DNA of 63,344 nucleotides, filler included, from Intoshia linei (lineage: Eukaryota; Animalia; Orthonectida): assembly GCA_001642005.1 (NCBI GenBank). It is 8 parts of 8 records of this genome, joined end to end, with 100 filler letters (N's around TTAATTAATTAA, not from the genome) between each part and the next. Parts side by side here need not be neighbours in the genome. Positions count along the whole stretch, not along the records: positions 53,975 to 60,843 come from LWCA01001629.1; positions 60,944 to 63,344 come from LWCA01002325.1; 6 more parts are not named here. The stretch is one strand, 5' to 3'. Of this stretch, positions 54,843-63,344 are shown piece after piece. The translations under genes and the position numbers were made by a program. Every line of letters starts with the position of its first letter. Positions within the stretch are counted from its first letter, which is position 1. A model generated the notes under the pieces. It searched no databases. It saw only the letters and a list, made by a program, of their open reading frames with translations, and was not told the DNA's origin.

Positions 54843-56238
54843 AGTATCCACAATAGCGTGATTACACACAGCACATTTTTCAGAGCAATTTTGAAATCCA
54901 ACGTACTATAAAAAAAATAAATAGATTATGAATTGATAAAATTGTACGATACCAGTTTTTATTTTAATTTTTAAAATATTTGGTAAATTATCACAGTTTA
55001 CATGAGTTTTTGACGGAGAAAATTTAAGTTTCTGATATTGAAATGTATGATAATCGCCCATCAGTAAAAAACTCTTAGAATTTATGCTGTTGAAAATTTT
55101 AGGACTGAATTATACACGTTCAAAAAGTCAATTTTATACATATAAAAATAGATGTACATTTTATTATTGTTTTAGTTTTATTAAAATTTTTTTTTTTCTT
55201 CGCTTCTTTTCTTTTATACATTGTTAGATTATTAAAATTAAAATTACATGATAGTCTGCTTCGCAGTAAAGTTTTGAATTTAGACAGTAAAAATTTTTAT
55301 TTTTTAAATTTCGACCTAAATGAATAATTAAAAATAAAAATATTTAATTTTACCGCAACAAAAACAATTGAAACACGATTCATGAAAATAAACCCCGTCA
55401 GATAAATAAGCATTCTCGTCTTTAGGAATAGCTAAATGACAGCATGCGCAAATTCCAATGTCTATAAATGTTTGGAATTAATAATGAATAACAAACCTTG
55501 ATGCGCCTGATTTTGAGGAAATTTTAATGTGTTGACATAATGAGAGTTGCTGTAATCACACCCTCGTGAATTATTTTTAGGTATATTTGTAATTTTATAC
55601 TGCTTATGTATATTTGGATGAGATGTATTTTTTTTTTGGAAATCCGAACAATTTTGATGATGTGTGTTTCTATAATCGTGACGTAATGTTGAGTTTTTGG
55701 TTTTGAGAACATCATTAGTAAGTGAGATAGTACTAGCGTTATATGAAGATTTTTGGCGGTTTAAATAATCGTCAGGTTCATAATAATTGCATCGCTCTGT
55801 GTTTTTATATTTGTGACATTCACAATGAATGTTATTTGTGAGGCGTCCTGGATAGTGTCGTTTGTTTCTTATGTTTTTAGGAATTGGCATTTTTACATAG
55901 TTGGATTGGTTTTGATTATTACGAAAATTAGGATGCCGCATGGCACAATTTACATTACGACAAATATTTGTTGAATCATCAACACTTGCATTATCTTGGC
56001 GTGGTCTATGCATTGGTACATTGTGGGTCATTTCATAAACTTTACTCTCATTACTGTAAATCCCCGATTCGTTTAAACTTAAACAAGAGTTTTTAAACAC
56101 GTGACATCCATCTTCTTGGCTTGGTTTAATATTGGGATCAATCCTTAATTTTTGAAATTCATATTCCAATTCAGTGTCATTTGGTCCAAATTGTAGATTT
56201 CTATTAATTTTATACAATTTTTTTTTTTCAGTCTTCAT
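54843..56238 (-). CDS. Ajuba/LIMD1/WTIP-family LIM protein (pre-LIM region, LIM1, start of LIM2; rest missing)
   Basis: Exon 1 (56238-55497) splices to IGICACCHLAI...YFHESCFNCFCCG|RNLKNKNFYCLNSKLYCEADYH|YVGFQNCSEKCAVCNHAIVDT; the YxGFQ...KC linker is typical of LIMD1/WTIP/Ajuba. Confidence 0.88.
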
Positions 56239-58041
56239 AATTTTAAATATTATATTTCATTTGATTAATTGTTATAATAAGTTTTAAAAGTGTGTAATTA
56301 ATTTCTCAATTTAAAAAATGTTATCCATGAATAATTTTTCTATTAATAAAAATGTCTACCATTATAAATAGGTGTCGTATATACATAATGGATAATGTAA
56401 TACAACCATTTATCGCCACATCTATACAGTTACAATTTTTGAAATTCATGCTTTTATGTAGTTTAGTAGACAAAAATTTCAATTATTTTGCTGTCTAAAT
56501 GAAATATCACTTATCAATGCATTCCATTCATACTTTTTAAATAACCTCTGCTCAATTCACAATTTTGATAATTTTTCGAGAGTGTTCAGTTTTAATAGCC
56601 TCAGTAGTTTAATGACTCCATGATGTTCAATAGAAATATTAATGGTTACAAAGTTCAATCAACATTCCTAGCATAACATTAATAAAGAGATGTACTAAAA
56701 GTTTCAGATAATGTTGATATAAGTGACAAATGATGGTTTGATACTTGTGTAAATCAGTTCAAAATATATAATAGGTGACGCTTGCAGCACTATGTCACCT
56801 TCAAATTTAAATGTCTACTAGAGGTAGGATACTAACAGTTTAAAATTGAAAATTTACCATTTTTTACTAAGACCAAATTCAAGTAAACCTGTTCACCTGT
56901 ATACTAATACCTGTCCTGTATAATAATTAACAATTTAATGTCTATTTACATTGTTAATACATTTTTATTTTATTATTCTGAATTAATTAATAGTTAGGGA
57001 ATGTTCACATGTAAAAGATAAAACGCATTTTGTATCATTAGACATAGGAATTTTCAAATTTTTTCCCACTTTGCGTGTATATCAACACTTTTTTATATAA
57101 GTCATTGAAAAAATAATTTTAAAATGTATCTTTTTCATTAATTTAAATTATTAGAAAATTATAATTTATAACTTTATATTTATTATATTATAATTATAAG
57201 CAATAATTCAAAATCGAAGGTTTCGTCCAGATCTCATCCGATTTATTACAGAATTTTATCGTCACTTTAATATCATCAATATTTTTGTTTGAAGTCTAAA
57301 TGATTTAATCAAGCGTTCCCAAACTCATTTTGTCTACAGCCCCTTGAATAAATAAATATTAAATATTCGACTACGTCGTATAATATGTATTTAAAAATTT
57401 ACTCAATAATTAACAATCAATAATTAAATTTTTTTGATTCAACTGATTATGAGATATTTCCAAAGTCGATATTTCATATTAATGAAAACGATATTGTACA
57501 TGTCAATTAAAAAAATAATATATTTATTACTGTGTCACTGTCTAACATCCTTTTTATTATTTTTCAAAATCTTCCCAGCTGAAAATTTCCCTCAAATTGA
57601 ATTAATCGCTCAAAAGGCGATATTACCGCTTTGTGAACCGCTGATTTAAATGAAAAAAATATCGGGTAGATTAATCGGTTAATATTTTAAGGTGATATGT
57701 GGGCAAAATGATGATACTTTGTAATGTAAAAAGTAAATTTAATATCTAAATTTAGTAAAGTATATTTGCCCATTACGAATAGAGTAGAAATATTTTTGAA
57801 CCGCTAGATTAGATAATGGATAGGAACCAACATTTTTTATAAATTTTTATGGGCCTACAATTTTCATTCAACCTGGGCAACTATTTGTTCTCCTGGACCA
57901 TGAAATTTGAGAAAAACGCACTAAAAATTAAAAAAATTTGTATATACTGTAAAGTAGTAACAAACTTATAAAACAAATTGTAAAAATATCAATTGATAAA
58001 ATCTACTCAAGTATAACACTGTTAAATATAATATAACTAAA

Positions 58042-60222
58042 ATGAAAAAAATTTTTTTTGTGATTATTCTCATAAACAAAATATATTTTAATGAGGGTAC
58101 GTGGAATGTACCAAGCGTTGAAATTGAACCAAAAGATAGTACCTGCAAAAATAGAAATATATTTATTGGACATTTTTCATATACTTGTATTGATGTTTGT
58201 CCATTTTCAGAGTACTCTTACGATTCAGCTTCACTTAAAGATATAAATATTATTTGCAATGGACAGGATCAATATTTCTCTAAAGATTTGTTGCTGGAAT
58301 ACTTTTACTCGCTCTACAATGGAATGCATCAATGCAATTTTGCCATATCTCCTTATGAAGATAATTTCAATTTTATTGCGACGTTTATTATAATAAACAA
58401 AACGGATAGGTATATTATTCAAAGTAAATTTACATTTTTTGCTGTTTAAATTAAATTTTTAAATTAATTAATAATTATAATAGCTTTCAATTTGACTTTG
58501 ATGAGGTATCAATATTGTTCACTACGTATTCATTTTCCATTACTCGAAACCAAAATTCAAACAAGTATACATATGAAGAAGGTTCCTGGGTCATGCTAAT
58601 AGTCACAGTATAAAATTTAAACTTGGAATTAAATTTTTATAGAAAAAATATATCAAAAAAAGTGAACGTAAGGGTGAAATTAAAATTAAAATCAAAAAGG
58701 ATGAGTTTGGATACAATTACACGACTCTGCAGAATAATATAAAGATAGTCATGAGTAACGAAATAATAATATAATACTGTACATTTAATTAGAAAAAGTA
58801 CCTGTGGAAGAAACACAAATAAAAATTTCGTATATTAGATTCGTAGCTTTATATAATATAAAAAATTTACAAAATTATGAATGGTATATGGATGAACAGG
58901 GACATCCTAATTTTGACAAAAATTGCAAATGTGCAAATAATAACCAATATGACACACCGACACAAACATATCCATACAAAAGAAGTGAATTGAAATTTGT
59001 GGGGCCAGTTCCATTTTTTTATGACGATTTAATTGATGATGTACAATCAAACGATTGTTTAGTTATGCTTAATACTACGCATTATAAAATTACATCGGTT
59101 TACGAACAAGGATTTAGAATTTACTCCCCTGAAAGGGCAATTACCGACACTTCTTTATTAACAAAATGGATTTCTAGTCCAGAATACAACATTATCAACG
59201 TTAATGTAATAAATAAGGCGACTGTTTGCTCAAATGATGTATTTAATATATTATTACTATAATAACAATTATAAATAGTACGTTTTGGTGGTACGACTGG
59301 TTGTATCTATTCAATCAATTCGCGTTTATACCGACAACAAAACATTGTATGAAATTGTATGTAGTCCTCAATATGGCTGTTCATCGCGTTGGTAAGCTTA
59401 TAATTATGTTTTATAATGATTATATTATTATAAAGGAGTGGTACCTTGGGGTTCACTATTAGAGATTCAAAATGTAAAAAGATTGCAATACAGTTAACCC
59501 GACGTTCAAGTGATAATACTTTACCTGTTGCTTTTATTAATAAAATCAGTACATTTACCAAGTAACATTTATTTTATCACCATATTCAATATACAAAACG
59601 TAGCCCCAATCTAACGTGTACCAATTTTTACAAAGATTTAAATCAAAGGACATATGGTCAAATTTTATCCAATGAAATATTAGCTCAAGATGACAATATT
59701 TATTCTCATAATCCGTATAATATATGTGTAATATTTTTAAAGTTTTTGAAATTTATAGTTTGGCTTTAATTTAAATATAAATCTTTCATTTAGTTTTCAC
59801 CAATAAATTATATTTCCACAAATGTGAGTATTATCGATGGAGGCAGAATTATAACATTTGGTGGACGTGTTGATAATTTTTTCCATGTTAAGATAGGGGA
59901 CCAAAAATGCATTATGATATCAGAGTAAATAGCTACTTTTATTAATTTATTTAGACCAGGTTTCTTATCGGTGGTCAGGTTATACCCAAAGCGTTTATAT
60001 TTTAATCTAATTAATGATTATAATCTTAATTTAGTATTAAATTTTATTTAGAAATAAAAACAATTCAGCGTGTATAGCACCAAAAAATACAAATTTAAAA
60101 TTAAACGTTACAAAATTATATTTAATACATAAACACACAAATATTGTTTATGATTTTTACGAGTTTGAATATGTTAAAAATCCAAATATTACTCATTTTT
60201 ATCCAAGAAATGTTACGATAAG
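58042..60222 (+). CDS. Secreted or cell-surface protein with plexin/Met-type IPT/TIG domain(s), 3' end missing
   Basis: Hydrophobic N-terminus MKKIFFVIILI; later exons give DGGRIITFGG...VKIGDQKCIMISE...ACIAP...FEYVKNPNITHFYPRNVTI. Confidence 0.7.
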
Positions 60223-62030
60223 GTAATTTTTGATTTCTTAAAAAATAATAATTCAAATAAACGAATTGACAGCTGTTTCCAATTGACTATGCGTAGTAGC
60301 AGATTCCTGGTGAGCCAACCGTGTAAAATGTGTATCCAGGCCAAATGAAAAGTTTGGTTCCTCTGTCCACTGTGTAATTCAGCGGTTGTTAAATTTTTTT
60401 AAAAATCTGTACGGTGGACAATTTTTGTCTAAATTCAAAATTCAATTAATTTCCAATAGTAGATACCTACATTGATATGATATATAACCAATATATACAG
60501 TGGTTCTTAACCGGGGGTGCATAATCAATTTTTGTCGGGTGCACAGAGCTATTTTCAATTTTTTTTAATTACATTAATAAAATAATTAGTTAAAAATTAA
60601 TTATCAATTAATTATTTTTCTAAATGAGTGAAATTACATAATTGATATTTTTATTATCAACAAAAAGATTAGATATAAGACACAATTTCATCTGGTTAAT
60701 ACTTATTAAGACTCAGAAAATAGACAAATTAAGTTTAAGCGAAAAACTTTTACATAACAATTGACAATTGATTAACAGTTAATAATTAACGTTCATTGAA
60801 TTTATTCACAATCATTTAATAATCAAATTAATTTTGTATTTTCNNNNNNNNNNNNNNNNNNNNNNNNNNNNNNNNNNNNNNNNNNNNTTAATTAATTAAN
60901 NNNNNNNNNNNNNNNNNNNNNNNNNNNNNNNNNNNNNNNNNNNTGCGCCATCTATATTGTTTTAATAAATTAAAACATTTTTTAGTTATTTTACAAAACA
61001 TTAATTAAAAATTTATGGGGTGCAACTGCACCTTTTGCACCTCTTATATCCGCCCCTGAGTCTGTATCTACTAACGGTGTATTGGTATACTATAGTAACA
61101 TGTTACATTTTATTCAAAGTACACAATTTATATTTTAAATTTCTGATTTATTACTGAAATTAATGACTATTATTTACATTTTATTTATATATTGTGAAGA
61201 ACGTATTTCAATGTGCAATTTACTAAGGATTGGTTTAGAAAAAAATTGTTTTTGCCTTAAATTGCACAAAAATTTTTACAATAAAGCCCAATTGAAAGTG
61301 GATTGAAAGCTATACCTAATACAAAAAACAAACATATTTATAGCTACTAAGTGGTCCATATGAACTATTTAGAGACCCCTGGATTATAATAATTATAATA
61401 TATATATGTTATAATTGTATCAAATATTATGAATATCATTTTAACGAAAATTTACGATTAATTCATTAAAACTTTTCTGATACATCCTGGAAACTGCTGA
61501 AAATTAAATTTTTAAATATATTTTTTAAATGACGAATCAGGAACGAGCCTTGATAGATTAAACAATAAAACTAGTTTATGGTCTACACTAGAATATAAGG
61601 TAGTGTTTCTTAACTGATACACCCTTGTGCATTAGTGTGCCAACGAAAATTTGAAAACGAGCCATAAATTTCATAAAGAGTCAGATTCATCAGATATTTT
61701 TGTTTTTTCTTAAATGAGCAGCTTTTCTTTGAAACATCTTATGCTACATAAATACTTTCAATAAGCACCCAACAAATATAAAACTATTTTTGCTGGTATG
61801 CCAAAATCGAAAAAAACGTTAATGACTTGACGTTAGACGAAATTACGTAAAAAACGAAAATATTGTTCCATGTAGAGCCCTAGTAGCTATTAGCTACATG
61901 ATTTTAAAAACACTCCTAAAATGTTACATTATCGATTTGTCACTAGTAATTCCATTTCTTGATTGAGAATGATTACATCATGTTATAATTGATTTAATTA
62001 CACACATGATTAATACTATACAATACAATA

Positions 62031-63241
62031 TTAAATATACTTTGATTTATTCAATAAAAACCACATATATGAAAAATGTAAAACATTTGGTATATTGGGT
62101 GTACATTTTATGAAATTTTCCATTTCTGTCTCTGCAACTTCAATAATTTCAATGTTTTCATTTCCAATTCCTCCTCCAGGTGAAGTTTTGTCACAGTCTT
62201 CAACCACTGCAAAATATATAGATGTTTCGTTTCCTAACAATCCTGTACAGCTTCTAAATCCTCTAATTTACATTTAACCAAAATATGACATCCATTGTCA
62301 TCTCATTCTACACTTCCATTGCACCAATAAATTTTAAAGAATAATTTTTTTTATCAAATTCACATACTGATTTAAAAAAATTTTATTTTATTAAGTACAA
62401 AGTTTGAATTGTAGATTTCACTAACGTTTAAGGGTTTTAACGACACATTATTAATTTTTTCACAAAACACTCATTCAGTCAATTCCTACTTGCAATGACA
62501 TTAAATAAAAAATATTAAATTACACATAAGTGTTAATTTTGTGCATATTTTTAGTTTTCACGCTGTAGCCTACTTCTTCAAAAACTTCCGCATTGGCTAT
62601 ATTTAGGGCAGTGTCTTTTCGATCAATTAAACCTGCACAAAGTTCAATAGTATATCCATGACTAGCAGGTAGTATTGTTTTATCGTTTAACAAATCTTTT
62701 AGATAATATTTTCTTTCAATTTTTTTTAAACATTCAGATAAGAGATTGTTTTCTCTCAAGAGTTTATTGAGATAAACAGCTAAATGGCACTATATTTTTT
62801 TATATTTTGACAATTACGAGGTCTAAATTGTTTTACAAAGATAAATACATTTCTGGTAATGTTGAAAATTAAAATTTCTACACTAAATTAAATATAAAAG
62901 CAAATCAACATATAAAATTTGAAATGTCATTCTGTTGTTCTTCCAACCATGAGACCTTAAAACCCCATGACCAAAAATGTCATGTTTATGGAATCCGTGA
63001 AAAAGTATAGTGGTATGTATTAAATCAATATAAAAAATGTAACATGTGTATCATTTTACATGAAATTACCAATCATAATACAGCATAACCTCCCAAGTGT
63101 TCATAATACCATTCTAAATGTGTTACTATATATAATTAAAAATGTAATTACTATTTTATAGTTAAATCTTAGAGGGTGTTGGTACTTTGCCTCATTTAAT
63201 TCTTCGGTCAAAACACATTCAATTTTTTTATTACTTTCCAT
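62031..63241 (-). CDS. NUDT14: NUDT14-like UDP-glucose pyrophosphatase (5 exons, complete)
   Basis: KYQHPLRFNYKI|NGIMNTW, VEILIFNITRNVFIFVKQFRPPVY, GYTIELCAGLID...AEVFEEVGY (Nudix box), GGGIGNENIEIIE. Confidence 0.93.
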
Positions 63242-63344
63242 TTTTCGTAATAAATCTAAAGATACTTCTATATTTATATGCTAAACAGGTGTTTGTAATG
63301 TTTAGTCTTTCAATTTCTTTAAACGTTTACATTACTTTTCATAG

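Noticed and set aside
60270-60420. GC-richer intronic stretch as tRNA or snoRNA (also ~32820-32870, ~39340-39440)
   Set aside because: No cloverleaf or convincing C/D or H/ACA arrangement by eye; an Infernal/Rfam scan would be needed.

Overview
Very AT-rich eukaryotic (animal) genomic DNA, not prokaryotic. Genes are densely packed and split by very short GT-AG introns (many 34-45 nt), so the ORF track shows only exon fragments. This architecture fits a compact parasitic metazoan such as an orthonectid (inference only). The window is 8 segments joined by 7 identical 100-nt spacers (44 N + TTAATTAATTAA + 44 N), and most spacers cut a gene. Hand-spliced genes: a divergent CTC1-like telomere/CST subunit, exon 1 of GINS2/Psf2, a head-to-head pair of glycerol kinase paralogs, FoxO, CCDC77, COPB2, NPL4, a class A neuropeptide-type GPCR, an ERG K+ channel, an Ajuba/LIMD1/WTIP LIM protein, an IPT/TIG surface protein, NUDT14 and several orphans. 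Introns and intergenic DNA hold decayed transposons (Gypsy, Tc1, DD41D-like, Tigger, hAT, Chapaev, Chapaev3), many MITEs, foldback elements and a dispersed ~29-bp minisatellite. I found no CRISPR array, tRNA or rRNA, and cannot support a new multi-gene system. The best leads are the cryptic CTC1, the glycerol kinase pair with an altered substrate pocket, the ERG channel with His at the Y652 drug site, the GPCR lacking N1.50/D2.50, and the minisatellite shared by different transposon families. All homology calls come from remembered motifs, not database searches.
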